From contig CAWEMM010000006.1 of assembly GCA_963810095.1 (NCBI GenBank), positions 1,664,001 to 1,728,000 on the forward strand: 64,000 nucleotides of DNA. Reading direction: 5' to 3'. The DNA is from an uncultured Chloroflexia bacterium. GTDB lineage: Bacteria; Chloroflexota; Anaerolineae; CG2-30-64-16. The notes beneath the pieces were generated by a model. The model was not told the DNA's origin and did not search any database. It saw nothing but the letters and a program-made list of their open reading frames with translations. Every line of letters starts with the position of its first letter. Position 1 is the first letter of the stretch. A program made the translations under genes and the position numbers. Shown here piece after piece: positions 50,094 to 60,573 of this stretch.

Positions 50094-51289
50094 CTCGTCG
50101 CCCCTGTAGGCCGGCCTGCCATTAGCTCGCAGTACAGATCGGCATAGCGGGCCGCCACCGCGTCGATCGAGAAGCGGGCCCTGGCGTGTTCGAGCGCGCG
50201 GCGGGCCATCTCTGCCGCCTGAGGTTTTCGTGCGGCGCTCATCACGATCGCGCCTGCCAGTGCGGCCGGCTCTTCCGGCGGCGCCAGCAGGCCCGAAACC
50301 TGATCCTCGATCAACTCGACGTTACCCGAAACCCGGGTGGCGATCACCGGAACTTGTGCGGCGATGGCTTCGAGAACGACCGTCGGCAGCCCTTCCCAAC
50401 GCGACGGCGCGACGAAAAGGTCGAAGGTCTTGAGCACCTCGATCGCGTCGGCGCGCGGCCCGGCGAACGTGACCCGGCCGGCAATGCCGAGCGCACGCGC
50501 CTGTTCCCGCAGGTCCTCCTCGAGCGCGCCGGTTCCGACAAGCACGAAATGCGCCTGGGGGCAGTGTAAGAGCACGTCGGGGACCGCAGTCAGCAGCACG
50601 TCGTACCCTTTTTGCCGCACCAGCCGCCCAACGCTGCCCACGACGAAGGCGCCGGACGGAATGCCGAGATCGTGACGCTTGGCTTCCCGGTCGACAGCGA
50701 CTGCCGCAACCCGGCCGAAGTTGAGCGCGTTGGGGATGTACGCGGCATGCTTCCCCATCCGTTTTGCCAGCGGCCGGCGGTCCAGGTTGTCTGCCGCACG
50801 CTGCGAGACTGCGAGATCTGCCCTGAAGAACCAGGGGTAGACCAGGTTTGGGAATAGCTTGCCCCACCCGGGGCGCTTACTCCACTCGATCTCGTTGTGC
50901 ACCGTGCGGACCAGGCAGGTCGCGCCAAGGCGGCGCTGCAAGCCGACTGCTGCCAGGTCGCTAAACTCGCCGTGGCTGTGGATGATGTCCACGCCTCGCG
51001 GCAGCTCGCCCCACAACCGGCGAAAGGATGTCACGCAACTCCGGTAGGCCCGGTGCTCGTTCCAGTCCGAGCCGAGTAGGGTGGGAATACCCGCGGCGCA
51101 TAACTGCGCCGCGCGCGGCCGGTCATATGGGGTGTTGTAATCCCAGAGCGCGGCCACCAACGGCTGGACCCGGCTGCGATCGATGGCCTGGACAAGTTCG
51201 GTCACGAAGCGCGCGACGCCGCCCGACGTCGCCTCGATCGCAAGACCGGACACGAGCTCGAGCACCAGCACGGGCCGGTTTTCGCTCAT
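50090..51289 (-). CDS. Glycosyltransferase family 4
   Basis: GSVGRLVRQKG, PSRWEGLPTVVLEA. Confidence 0.92.
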   Translation of the reverse strand: MSENRPVLVLELVSGLAIEATSGGVARFVTELVQAIDRSRVQPLVAALWDYNTPYDRPRAAQLCAAGIPTLLGSDWNEHRAYRSCVTSFRRLWGELPRGVDIIHSHGEFSDLAAVGLQRRLGATCLVRTVHNEIEWSKRPGWGKLFPNLVYPWFFRADLAVSQRAADNLDRRPLAKRMGKHAAYIPNALNFGRVAAVAVDREAKRHDLGIPSGAFVVGSVGRLVRQKGYDVLLTAVPDVLLHCPQAHFVLVGTGALEEDLREQARALGIAGRVTFAGPRADAIEVLKTFDLFVAPSRWEGLPTVVLEAIAAQVPVIATRVSGNVELIEDQVSGLLAPPEEPAALAGAIVMSAARKPQAAEMARRALEHARARFSIDAVAARYADLYCELMAGRPTGATS

Positions 51290-52422
51290 GAGCTGATTCC
51301 CGTTCGGGTTTGCGCGCCGTCCCCCGTGATGCACGCGACCAATTCTGCCCAGCCCGAATCCTGGCCGCCGCGTTCAGGCCGGATGGGGCGCGGGTCCTGC
51401 ATGATACAGGAAGCCACTGCCCTCGCCAACTCGGACCGTGGGACGACATGGATCAATTCGCGTTCCGCGTCGGTGCGTAGCGGAACGCCGGCGGTGGTAA
51501 CCACAGGCAGGCCGAACCCGACCGCCATTTGGACGACGCCGCTGCCCGTCATCGAGTGGTAGGGCGCCACCAGCAAGTTTGCGGCGCCGAAATAGAGTGG
51601 CACGCTTTCGTTGGGAATGTAGCGGTCGTCAATCTGCACCAGGTCCCGTACTCCCAGGTGCTCGATTTCCTCCAGGTAGGCCGTTTTGTCATCCCAGAAC
51701 TCGCCTGCGATCAGCAGGCGCACGGTGCCCAAGCGCGCCCGGATATCGGGTAGTGCCGCCAGGATGTCGGACAATCCCTTATACGGGCGCACCATGCCGA
51801 AGAAGAGCAGCACCGGCACGTCGTGCGGGAGGCCCAACGCGGCCCGTGCTTGTTCACGATTTGGCGGGCCGCCGGCAAACATGTCATAGACGGGGTGCGG
51901 GACGACGTCGACCGGCTGGCGCGGAAGCAAAGCGGCTAGGCGCAGTTTTTCCGCGTCGGATTGGACGATGAGCCGCGTGCCGAGGCCGAGCACCCACCTG
52001 GTGGCCAGGCGATCGAAGCGAGAGGCTTCGTGCGGCAGGACGTTGTGGCACAGGATGACAAGCGGCCGGCGGAGGAAGATCCGGAGCAGCACCGCCAGCG
52101 TCAGCCAGGCCGGCGCCAGGAACGTAGTCCACCAGGAGATAACTACAACGTCGGGCCGGTGCGCACGAATCCACCGGAATGTGCCGAACCAGGTCAGCGG
52201 GTTGAGCGAGTCGATCGAATAGTGGGCGCCGGCTACCGTCAGGGGGCTTTGACTGGGATCACGATCGCTTTGCCCCGGATACAACCGGCGTGGGTAGAGG
52301 CGCTTGAACGAAACGAGCAGCACGTCGTGCCCGGCGTCGCGCAGCGCCGTCACCAGCAAGGTTGAATAGTGGGCAATGCCCCCGCGGAATGGGTAGACGG
52401 GACCGAGGAATGCAATTCTCAT
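51286..52422 (-). CDS. Glycosyltransferase family 4
   Basis: GPVYPFRGGIAHY, HNVLPHE, FFGMVRPYKG, PY..MTGSGV. Confidence 0.92.
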   Translation of the reverse strand: MRIAFLGPVYPFRGGIAHYSTLLVTALRDAGHDVLLVSFKRLYPRRLYPGQSDRDPSQSPLTVAGAHYSIDSLNPLTWFGTFRWIRAHRPDVVVISWWTTFLAPAWLTLAVLLRIFLRRPLVILCHNVLPHEASRFDRLATRWVLGLGTRLIVQSDAEKLRLAALLPRQPVDVVPHPVYDMFAGGPPNREQARAALGLPHDVPVLLFFGMVRPYKGLSDILAALPDIRARLGTVRLLIAGEFWDDKTAYLEEIEHLGVRDLVQIDDRYIPNESVPLYFGAANLLVAPYHSMTGSGVVQMAVGFGLPVVTTAGVPLRTDAERELIHVVPRSELARAVASCIMQDPRPIRPERGGQDSGWAELVACITGDGAQTRTGISS

Positions 52423-52429
52423 GCCGGAA

Positions 52430-53383
52430 TCAGGATGGATTGCGCCGGCTCGCATCCATGAGCCGCGCCTGGTACAAGACCTCCTCGGTCATCTTGCGGT
52501 TCATACTGACCGCATCGGCGACGAGGCCGATCAACCCGACCTGGAACCCGATAATCGCCAGGATCGCGGCGAGGATCAGCGACTGAACGTGGCCGCCCCC
52601 CCGGCCCGCCGCGTAGAACGCCAGGAAGCGCACGCCGAGGATGGTCGCCGCCGCGAGCAGTACCGCGGCGCTGGTCATGAAGACCCGCAGCGGCCGGTAC
52701 ATCGTGTAGAAACGGACGATGGTGATGATCGAAAGCATGACGAAGGATGGGATGTTGCGAATGAGGCGCGAGTCACGCGTCTTTGGGTTGGTGGCGGTCG
52801 GGGTAAAGACCACCTTCATCCCGCGTTGGCCGGCTTGAATGAGGGTTTCCAGCGTGTATGTGTACTCGCTGAGCACCGTCAGGCGGAGCGCGGCTTCGCG
52901 GCTGAACGCCCGAAACCCACTGGTGGCATCGGGTATGGGCACGCCGGCTGCGTGCTGGACGACCCAACTGCCGAAGCGCTGGAGAAACCGCTTAAGGGGC
53001 GAGAACTCGCCGTGTGCAGCCACCCCGCGGTCGCCCACGACGATGTCCGCCTGGCCGGCCTGGATCGGCACGACGAGTTTGCCGATGTCCTGCCCCGCAT
53101 ACTGGTTGTCGCCGTCCGTATTGACGATGATATCTGCGCCGGCGCGTAAGGCCGACTCGATCCCGGTCTGGAACGCCGCGGCGAGGCCGCGATTCTGGCG
53201 GTGCCGCACGATGTGATGGACGCCCAGCTCCCGCGCTACTTCCACCGTGCGATCGCGGCTGCCGTCATCTACGATCAGGTATTCGATCAGGTCGATGCCG
53301 GGTAAGGCGCGGGGCAGGTCGGCAATAGTCGATGGAAGCGTCTGCTCTTCATTGTAGCAGGGGATCTGGATGATGAGCTTCAC
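52430..53383 (-). CDS. Glycosyltransferase family 2 (DPM-synthase-like, two C-terminal TM helices)
   Basis: [30 protein letters not shown]. Confidence 0.92.
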   Translation of the reverse strand: MKLIIQIPCYNEEQTLPSTIADLPRALPGIDLIEYLIVDDGSRDRTVEVARELGVHHIVRHRQNRGLAAAFQTGIESALRAGADIIVNTDGDNQYAGQDIGKLVVPIQAGQADIVVGDRGVAAHGEFSPLKRFLQRFGSWVVQHAAGVPIPDATSGFRAFSREAALRLTVLSEYTYTLETLIQAGQRGMKVVFTPTATNPKTRDSRLIRNIPSFVMLSIITIVRFYTMYRPLRVFMTSAAVLLAAATILGVRFLAFYAAGRGGGHVQSLILAAILAIIGFQVGLIGLVADAVSMNRKMTEEVLYQARLMDASRRNPS

Positions 53384-53452
53384 GGCTTTGTCCTGGGCGG
53401 GCGCATGCGGCGATTCATGTACACTCGCATCGTATGCGCTGATCAAGGCGCG

Positions 53453-53481
53453 ATTATAACACCGGCGGTCCGCCGAACCAA
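53453..53481 (-). promoter_or_regulatory. Promoter at the head of the glycan operon
   Basis: TTGGTT-17 nt-TATAAT with extended TG on the minus strand. Confidence 0.55.
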
Positions 53482-53580
53482 GCCGTGCGCGCACTTATGT
53501 CTTGGCCCGCACTTATGCCGTGACGCTGTACTTATGCCTTGAACCGCGCTGTGCTACACTGAGTGGGGAGGACGAACACC

Positions 53581-54499
53581 GTGACTGCGAACCTTGCACC
53601 GATTCAGACTAACGGCGCGGACCCGCGCCGCACCGTGGCGCTCGAGTCGACCGTCATATCCCACGGCCTGCCGTATCCGCACAACCTGGAGACCGCCGTC
53701 GCGCTCGAGGAGATTATCAGTGCGGAAGGCGCCTACCCGGCGACCGTCGGCATCATCAAGGGCGAGATCATCGTGGGGCTGAGCCGCCCCCACATCAAAT
53801 ACCTGGCGACCGCCCCCGGCGTGCGGAAGGTCAGCCGGCGAGACCTGCCGATCGTCGTGGCGCAGAAACTGGACGGTGCGACGACGGTCGCGACGACCGC
53901 GTGGGCCGCGCATCGCGCAGGCGTGCAGGTGTTTGCCACGGGCGGAATCGGCGGGGTGCACCGGGCTAACCCGGACGGCGCGGCCGCGTACCTCTCGGTC
54001 GACGTCTCGGCCGACTTGCCCGAGCTGGCGCAGACGCCGGTCATTGTGGTATGCGCCGGTGCGAAGGCGATCCTCGATCTGCCTGCGACGCTGGAGTGGC
54101 TCGAAACGCACGGGGTGACGGTGGTGGGCTATCAAACCGACCGCTTCCCGGCGTTTTACAACCGCGATAGCGGGCTGCCCGTCGACGTGCGGGCGGACAC
54201 GCCGGGCGAAGTCGCCGCGCTCTTTCGTGCGCAGCGTGCGCTGGGGCTGCCCTGCGGGCTTGCTGGTGACGGTGCCGCTGCCCGAGGCGGACGAACTGCC
54301 GCGTGAGCAGGTGGAGACCGAGATCAACCAGGCGCTGAGCGAGGCCGCAGCCAAGGGCGTGCGGGGGCGCGCGCTCACCCCCTTCCTGCTCGGACGCCTG
54401 GGCGAGCTGACCGGCGAGGCCAGCCTGCGAGCGAACCTGGCCCTCTTAAAGAACAATGCGGCCGTTGCCGCGCGTATTGCGCTGGCACTGGCCGCATGA
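53581..54499 (+). CDS. psuG: Pseudouridine-5'-phosphate glycosidase (frameshift near 54260)
   Basis: VALESTVISHGLPYP, KVSRRD, GATTV, FATGGIGGVHR, DVSADL, TPFLL, NLALLKNNA. Confidence 0.93.
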
Positions 54500-54502
54500 A
54501 CT

Positions 54503-54533
54503 TGGGGGCGGCATGGGGTCGCCCCCAGATTTT
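54503..54533 (+). terminator. Hairpin between convergent psuG and clpC
   Basis: TGGGGGCGGC-atggg-GTCGCCCCCA followed by GATTTT. Confidence 0.55.
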
Positions 54534-54544
54534 GAGCAAGTGTG

Positions 54545-57061
54545 TTAGCTTGCCATCTCGCCGTTGAAGTGATGCGTCATCGGCAGCTCGACTGCGATGG
54601 GCTCGGCAGATTGGTTCTGGAAGGTGAGCTGCGTGCGGCCGTCGTCGTCCGTGGCCGCGTCCACGATCACGGTGTCCCCGTCCTTGAACTCGCCGGCCAG
54701 CAGGCGCTTCGCCAGCGGGTTCTCCACGTAGCGCTCCAACGTTCGGCGCACGGGCCGCGCACCGAACTGCGGGTCGTAGCCCTCCTGTGCCAGCCAGTCG
54801 CGAGCCCCTTCGGCCAGCTCGATCTTGAGCCCTTGCTCGGCAAGCCGGCCGCTGATCTCGGCCATCTGCAGGTCCACGATCGCCTTCACGTGCTCCTTGG
54901 TCAGGCTGTGGAAGATGATAACCTCGTCCACCCGATTCAAGAACTCGGGGCGGAACGTTTGCTTTAGATCCCGCTCGATGTTTTCGCGCAGCTGGCGCTC
55001 CTGCGCGCTGAGCTCATCCTGCCGGATGAAGCCCAGCGTGCCGCCCGAACGGACAAAGCCCGTCCCGATGTTGGAGGTCATCACGATGACCGTGTTCCGG
55101 AAGTCGACAACGTGCCCCTGCCCGTCCGTGAGCCGCCCGTCCTCCAGGATCTGAAGCAGGGCGTTCCAAACCTCGGGGTGCGCCTTCTCGATCTCGTCAA
55201 ACAGAATGACCCGGTAGGGGCGCCGGCGAACGGCTTCAGTCAACTGCCCGCCCTCGTCGTAACCGACGTAGCCGGGCGGCGCACCGAACAGGCGGCTCAC
55301 CGTGTGGCGCTCCTGGTACTCGCTCATGTCGATGCGCACGAGCGCGTCTTCGTCGTCGAACAGGAACTCGGCGACGGCCTTGGCCAGCTCTGTCTTGCCC
55401 ACGCCCGACGAGCCCAGGAAGATGAAGCTGCCGATGGGCCGCCGCGGGTTTTTCAAGCCGCTGCGGCTGCGGCGCAGCGCGTCCGAGATCGCCCGGATCG
55501 CTTCGTCCTGGCCCACGACCCGGCGGTGCAGCTCTTCTTCCATGCGCAGCAGCTTGGCCGTCTCGCCCTCGAGCATGCTGTTGACCGGGATGCCGGTCCA
55601 GCGGGCGACGACCTTGGCGATGTCGCCGGCATCGACCACCTCGTCGAGGCCGCTGGTTTGTTTCCACCCCGTGAAGTCGCTCTCGTACTGCGACCCCAGC
55701 TTCAGCCGGTCGCTCTTGAGCTCGGCCGCCCGGGCATAATCGTTGGCGGCGAAGGCCGCGTCCTCCTCCGCTTTCAGCTCGGTGAGGCGTTTCTTCGCGC
55801 TCTTCAGCGGCTGGGGCATGGTGAACAGCGAAACGCGCAGGCCCGCGCCGGCCTCGTCGATCAGGTCGATGGCCTTATCGGGCAGGCGGCGGTCGGTCAC
55901 GTAGCGGTGCGACAACCGGGTTGCCGCGACGAGCGCCTCGTCGGTGAAGGTCACCTGGTGGTGCTTCTCATACCGGTCGCGCACGCCCCGCAGGATCTCG
56001 ATCGCGTCTTCCACCGTCGGCTCGTCCACGTAGATGGGGGCAAACCGGCGCTCCAGTGCGCTGTCCTTCTCGATGTGCTGCCGGTATTCGTCCAGGGTGG
56101 TCGCGCCGATGCAGCGCAGCTCGCCCCGGGCGAGTGCGGGCTTGAGCATGTTGGATGCGTCGACCGCACCCTGGGCTGCCCCCGCGCCGACGACCGTGTG
56201 CAGCTCGTCGATGAAGAGGATGAGCTCGCCCTCCGCCTTTTGCACCTCTTCGATGGTCGACTTCAGGCGTTCCTCGAATTCGCCCCGGAACCGGGTGCCC
56301 GCAATCATCGCGCCCAAGTCCAGACTCATCAGGCGCTTGCCAACGAGGCTTTCGGGCACGTCTTCCGCGATGATCTTCTGGGCCAGGCCCTCGACGATGG
56401 CGGTTTTGCCCACGCCTGCCTCGCCGATGAGGACCGGGTTGTTCTTCGTGCGGCGGCTGAGCACCTGGATCACGCGCAGGATCTCGGCATCGCGGCCGAT
56501 GACGGGGTCGAGCTTGCCCTCGCGGGCTGCCGCGGTCAGGTCACGGGCGTATTTCTCGAGCGTGCGGTAGCGGCTTTCGGCCTGGGGGGTGCTCGCCTTT
56601 TGACCGCCGCGTCCTTCTTCAATTGCTTTCAAAACCATCTCTCGTGTGATCCGCGCCTCGCGCAACAGCCCGGCGGAAAAGCCGCCGCGCTCGCTCAGCG
56701 TGCCCAGCAGAAGGTGTTCGGTAGAGATGTATTCGTCCTGCAGCAGTCGCGCCTCCTCGGTGGCCTGGTCGATGACCCGCTTTAGCCGGGGCGTGATGAA
56801 GACCTGCGCCACCGCTTGCGGGAACATGGCCGGGCCGGCCGCGCGGGGGGTGCGCTGCAGGTTGTCCATCAGCCGTTCCTTCATGATATCGATCGGCGCA
56901 CCCATCCGCTCGACGAGGTCTGCTACCAGGCCCTTGGGCTGCTCGAGCAGCGCCAGGAAAAGGTGCTCCACGTCCACCTGGCTGTGGCCGTATCTTTGCA
57001 TTATCTCATACGCGCGCATGGCAGCGTCCTGCGCACGCTCCGTAAAACGATCAAATCGCAT
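54545..57061 (-). CDS. clpC: ATP-dependent Clp protease ATP-binding subunit, ClpC type
   Basis: Clp-N repeats, two AAA+ modules ([16 protein letters not shown]), short UVR-like middle domain (A...[10 protein letters not shown]), LGF loop. Lacks the long ClpB coiled coil. Confidence 0.85.
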   Translation of the reverse strand: MRFDRFTERAQDAAMRAYEIMQRYGHSQVDVEHLFLALLEQPKGLVADLVERMGAPIDIMKERLMDNLQRTPRAAGPAMFPQAVAQVFITPRLKRVIDQATEEARLLQDEYISTEHLLLGTLSERGGFSAGLLREARITREMVLKAIEEGRGGQKASTPQAESRYRTLEKYARDLTAAAREGKLDPVIGRDAEILRVIQVLSRRTKNNPVLIGEAGVGKTAIVEGLAQKIIAEDVPESLVGKRLMSLDLGAMIAGTRFRGEFEERLKSTIEEVQKAEGELILFIDELHTVVGAGAAQGAVDASNMLKPALARGELRCIGATTLDEYRQHIEKDSALERRFAPIYVDEPTVEDAIEILRGVRDRYEKHHQVTFTDEALVAATRLSHRYVTDRRLPDKAIDLIDEAGAGLRVSLFTMPQPLKSAKKRLTELKAEEDAAFAANDYARAAELKSDRLKLGSQYESDFTGWKQTSGLDEVVDAGDIAKVVARWTGIPVNSMLEGETAKLLRMEEELHRRVVGQDEAIRAISDALRRSRSGLKNPRRPIGSFIFLGSSGVGKTELAKAVAEFLFDDEDALVRIDMSEYQERHTVSRLFGAPPGYVGYDEGGQLTEAVRRRPYRVILFDEIEKAHPEVWNALLQILEDGRLTDGQGHVVDFRNTVIVMTSNIGTGFVRSGGTLGFIRQDELSAQERQLRENIERDLKQTFRPEFLNRVDEVIIFHSLTKEHVKAIVDLQMAEISGRLAEQGLKIELAEGARDWLAQEGYDPQFGARPVRRTLERYVENPLAKRLLAGEFKDGDTVIVDAATDDDGRTQLTFQNQSAEPIAVELPMTHHFNGEMAS

Positions 57062-57366
57062 ATCCGCGCCTCTTAAAAATGCCGCCTTTGCCGTCAGGCC
57101 ACCTGGATGCGGTGGCCCGGCCCCGAAAAGAGACAACCCGTAGCGCTTGGGGCACGCTACGGGTTGTTAGACGCTCCCATCTGCTACGACTTCTAGCTTC
57201 GATTCGTACCCTAACACTGAAGTGTTAACGTGAGCGTATGAATCGTTCCCAAAGCCGTTTTTCTACCGCATTTCTAACGTAGGCAAACTCGCTTGTGATG
57301 GCGTCAGTTGTGGGCGGTTGACACAGGATGACACCCCGCAGAACCGCGCCGCTGCCGGCCCGGGAA

Positions 57367-58458
57367 TCAGTAGCGCAGCACCGCCGCGATCTGGCCGACC
57401 TCGGCCAGCCGGGTGTTGGGTTCCAGGGCCGACACCTTCACGCCCGCGTCCACCGCCGCATGGACGGCGAGGTTCACCACGTCGCCCGACGGTCGGAGCT
57501 TGCCCGCGCAGTAGGGGCAGGCTTCCAGGTTCTCCACCACCACGGCGCCGCAGTGGGCGCACTGTGCGCCCGGCCGGCGCAGCGCGGGATCGACGAGCAG
57601 CTGGTACACCCGGCCCTGCTGCAAGGCAGCCAGCGTGTCTTCCAGGCCGAGCGCGCCGGCGCCGCCCTTGTGCGCCAGCGTGATGACCTGTTCGAGAAGG
57701 TCGGCTTCCTGTTCCTTCTGGCTGGCTTGCGCCACTTCGTAGGCGCGTTCCCACGCCTCTGCCGGCGACGCGTTGACGTCTAGATTGATCGCGCCGACGA
57801 CCTTGTCGGCAAGCGCCCGCGGCATCTGGGTCTTGAATGCCGCCAGGTTTTCGTCCGTGCCCGAGATGACGGCGCGCGCTACATGCTGCTGCGCCAGGTA
57901 CTCCGCGGCCCACTCGGCCGAGTCGCGCAGGTTGTGCAGGGCCTCCTGATCCTCGTTGCGTTGGAGCTTTTGCGCGGCCAGGCCCCCTTGCCGGTGCCGC
58001 TTCACCTCGGCGCCCAGCGTGCCGGCCGTGTCGGCCAGCGCGCCCAGGCGGTAATTCAGGATGCGTGCGCCCTCGCGATCGACCATGATCACGGCGAACG
58101 ACTCGTAGTTGTCAAACAGATCGCTCAGGGGCTTGATGTAGGGACGCCGTCCGACGTAGACGGCGTTCTGCACCGGGACGAGGAGGGGAAAAGCGCGCCA
58201 GAACTTGCGCGCCTGGCAGCTGAAGCAAGCCACTGATCGCCCCTGGCGGTCGAATTCGCTTTCGAAGAAGCGCTCGATGCGCTCGATATCGGGAGCAGCG
58301 GCCCCCTGCTCGGCGGCCTGCGCAAGTAGCTGGCGCAGCGGAAGCTTGTGCTCGTCGCCCGACCGGTTGTGCCGGTCCAGGTTCAGGTAGAGGCTCAAGA
58401 CCGGTTCGTTGTCGGTGATCAGTTCGGCAAGTTCTTGCAGGTCCTGTTCTTGCATCAT
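57367..58458 (-). CDS. Bacterial archaeo-eukaryotic release factor (baeRF/eRF1-like) protein with zinc ribbon
   Basis: VLSLYLNLD, PYIKPL, VDREGAR, RHRQGG, G...TLAAL..GRV..LLV, CAHC..CPYC, IAAVLRY end. Confidence 0.8.
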   Translation of the reverse strand: MMQEQDLQELAELITDNEPVLSLYLNLDRHNRSGDEHKLPLRQLLAQAAEQGAAAPDIERIERFFESEFDRQGRSVACFSCQARKFWRAFPLLVPVQNAVYVGRRPYIKPLSDLFDNYESFAVIMVDREGARILNYRLGALADTAGTLGAEVKRHRQGGLAAQKLQRNEDQEALHNLRDSAEWAAEYLAQQHVARAVISGTDENLAAFKTQMPRALADKVVGAINLDVNASPAEAWERAYEVAQASQKEQEADLLEQVITLAHKGGAGALGLEDTLAALQQGRVYQLLVDPALRRPGAQCAHCGAVVVENLEACPYCAGKLRPSGDVVNLAVHAAVDAGVKVSALEPNTRLAEVGQIAAVLRY

Positions 58459-58598
58459 CGTCTACGCTCCTATAGGCTCCACCGGCCAAAGCAGCATGCA
58501 CGGCTCTCGCGCTTACCTTCAAGCCTGCTTGCCTGCATGCGTGCAACGGCCCGTCCTGGCGGCATGCCAGTCGCGGGCCTGACTCAACGCCGATCCAC

Positions 58599-59588
58599 CT
58601 ATTTCGGGGAATCGCCGCGCAGTTGCGCGTGCAGTTGCGCCCACTGGCGTACGAGCTCCTCCTCGCGCTCGCTGAGTGTCTCGGGAATCATTACGCGCAC
58701 CTTCGCGTACAGGTCTCCCCGCTCGCTGCTCCTCAGCTTTGGCATGCCTTGGCCGGCGAGCCGGATTGTGCGACCCGATTGCGTTCCTTTGTTGATCTTC
58801 AAAGCGACCGTGCCGCCCAGCGTCGGGACGCGGACTTCGCCGCCCAACAGGGTGCTGAATAGGTCGACCGGGATTTCGGTGTAGAGGTCGTCGCCACGGC
58901 GTTCAAACACCGGGTCTGGCAGCACTTTCACGACGAGGTAGATGTCGCCGCGGGCGGCGCCGGGCGCGGCAGCCGGGCCTTCGCCGGCCATGCGGATGCG
59001 TGAGCCCGTCTTTACGCCCGCCGGGATTTTGACTTCGAGCCGGCGGCCGTCGACGTCGAGCATGCGCTGCCCGCCGCGGTAGGCCTCTTCGAGGGTGACC
59101 TCGATCTCGTGCTCGTAGTCTTGGGCCGGGGGTTGGGGAGCGGCCCGGCCTGCGCGCCGCCGCGTGCCCGTGGCTGCGGGTCCGGCGCCGCCGAAGATGG
59201 TCTGGAAGAAGTCGGAGAAGCCCTGCTCGCCGCCGAACAGGTCGTTCAGGTCGTTGATGTTGCCATATTCGACCCGCGTGCCGCCCGGCGCGCCCTGTCC
59301 GCGGGCGTTCGCGACGTAGTCGCTCCAGTCGAAGCCGCCGCCCGCGGCGCCGCCCTGCTGCCAGCGCTGGTAGTTCTGGCCTAATTCGTCATACTTACGC
59401 CGTTTTTCAGGATCGCCGAGGACCTCGTGCGCCTCGTTGATTTCCTTGAAGCGTGCTTCGGCGGCCGTGTCGCCGGGGTTCATGTCCGGGTGATATTGAC
59501 GGGCGAGCCGCCGGTACGCCTTCTTGATCTCTTTCTCGTCCGCGCTTCGTTCAACACCCAGAATCTTGTAGTAGTCCTTATACTCCAT
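58599..59588 (-). CDS. DnaJ class II (CbpA-like) chaperone
   Basis: KDYYKILGV J-domain with HPD, G/F region FSDFF, no zinc finger, DnaJ C-terminal domain. Confidence 0.92.
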   Translation of the reverse strand: MEYKDYYKILGVERSADEKEIKKAYRRLARQYHPDMNPGDTAAEARFKEINEAHEVLGDPEKRRKYDELGQNYQRWQQGGAAGGGFDWSDYVANARGQGAPGGTRVEYGNINDLNDLFGGEQGFSDFFQTIFGGAGPAATGTRRRAGRAAPQPPAQDYEHEIEVTLEEAYRGGQRMLDVDGRRLEVKIPAGVKTGSRIRMAGEGPAAAPGAARGDIYLVVKVLPDPVFERRGDDLYTEIPVDLFSTLLGGEVRVPTLGGTVALKINKGTQSGRTIRLAGQGMPKLRSSERGDLYAKVRVMIPETLSEREEELVRQWAQLHAQLRGDSPK

Positions 59589-59631
59589 GCTGACTCCCGC
59601 TAGCCGGATGGCGAAGGGTGACAGTGAATTC

Positions 59632-59660
59632 AGTATAGCCGGGCCCCATGGGGCTGTCAA
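59632..59660 (-). promoter_or_regulatory. Near-consensus sigma70 promoter of the J-protein operon
   Basis: TTGACA-17 nt-TATACT; the spacer contains palindrome GCCCCATGGGGC. Confidence 0.75.
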
Positions 59661-59682
59661 GCGATTTTCCTCGCCGGGTCAG

Positions 59683-59734
59683 AGACGCAAAAAGGCACAG
59701 GCGCCAAGCCCGGCGCCTGTGCCTTTTTGCGTCT
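59683..59734. terminator. Intrinsic terminator of the LysM gene (symmetrical, 23-bp stem)
   Basis: AGACGCAAAAAGGCACAGGCGCC-aagccc-GGCGCCTGTGCCTTTTTGCGTCT. Confidence 0.85.
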
Positions 59735-59742
59735 AGAGGACG

Positions 59743-60573
59743 CTACGGAATGATCAGCTTCTGACCGACGGCGATCCGGTCGGGGTTCGTGATGTTGTTG
59801 GCCGCCTGGATCTGCTTGATCGTCACGCCAAACTTCCGCGCAATGGAGAGCAGGGTATCGCCGCGCTGGATCACGTAGCTTCGCCCCTGGCCCCCCGTCG
59901 GAACGGCGACGGCCGCGCCACCGCTGCCGGCCGGGATGGTCAGGCTTTGGCCGACCTTCAGCGCGTCCGGGTTCGCGAGCCCGTTGGCGCTGACGATGGC
60001 CTGGACCGTCGTGCCGAAGCGCTTGGCGATGGCGCCGAGCGTGTCGCCCGACTGCACGGTGTAGGCACTGGCGGTCGCGCGGGTGGCGCCCCCAGACGCT
60101 GCTCCGCCGGACGCTGCCGCACCCCCCGCGGCTGCCGCGCCGCCCGAAGCGGCCGCGCCCGGAATCTGCAGCTTCTGGCCCAGCATGAGCGTGTTGGGGT
60201 CGGCCAGGCTGTTGAGCTGGGTAATGGCCTCAGGGGTCGTGCCGAAGCGGGCGGCGATGGTGGCCAGCGTGTCGCCTGCCACAACCGTGTACGTGAATGC
60301 TTGCCCGGTTCCGGCCCCGGTTGCGGCTGCAGGGCTCACGACCACCTGCTGTGGCACAGGCGCGCTCGGCGTGGGCGCCGCACCGGCTGCGTCACTCGTC
60401 GTCGCGGCCGCGCCCGTGCCGCCGGGAGTAGGGGCGGCAACCGTGCCGCGTGCGGCGGCGGGGGTGGTGGTGGTCGAAGCCGGGACGGGCCGCTCCCGAT
60501 TGCAGGCGCTCAAGGACAGGGTTAGCAGAATCAGCAGGCTCAGGATCATTACAAGCCGTGGGCGATAGCTCAT
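59743..60573 (-). CDS. Lipoprotein with three LysM domains
   Basis: Lipobox LSAC, three Y(T/V)(V/I)xxGDTLxxIAxxFG repeats, T/A/G/P-rich linkers. Confidence 0.93.
   Translation of the reverse strand: MSYRPRLVMILSLLILLTLSLSACNRERPVPASTTTTPAAARGTVAAPTPGGTGAAATTSDAAGAAPTPSAPVPQQVVVSPAAATGAGTGQAFTYTVVAGDTLATIAARFGTTPEAITQLNSLADPNTLMLGQKLQIPGAAASGGAAAAGGAAASGGAASGGATRATASAYTVQSGDTLGAIAKRFGTTVQAIVSANGLANPDALKVGQSLTIPAGSGGAAVAVPTGGQGRSYVIQRGDTLLSIARKFGVTIKQIQAANNITNPDRIAVGQKLIIP

Noticed and set aside
54545-57061. ClpB assignment
   Set aside because: The middle domain is short and UVR-like and an LGF ClpP-docking loop is present, favouring ClpC.
57212-57227. CIRCE (HrcA) element
   Set aside because: Does not fit TTAGCACTC-N9-GAGTGCTAA in sequence or spacing.
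60083-60160. Short tandem repeats in the LysM gene
   Set aside because: Encode a low-complexity GGAAA(S/A) linker; not a CRISPR or mobile repeat.
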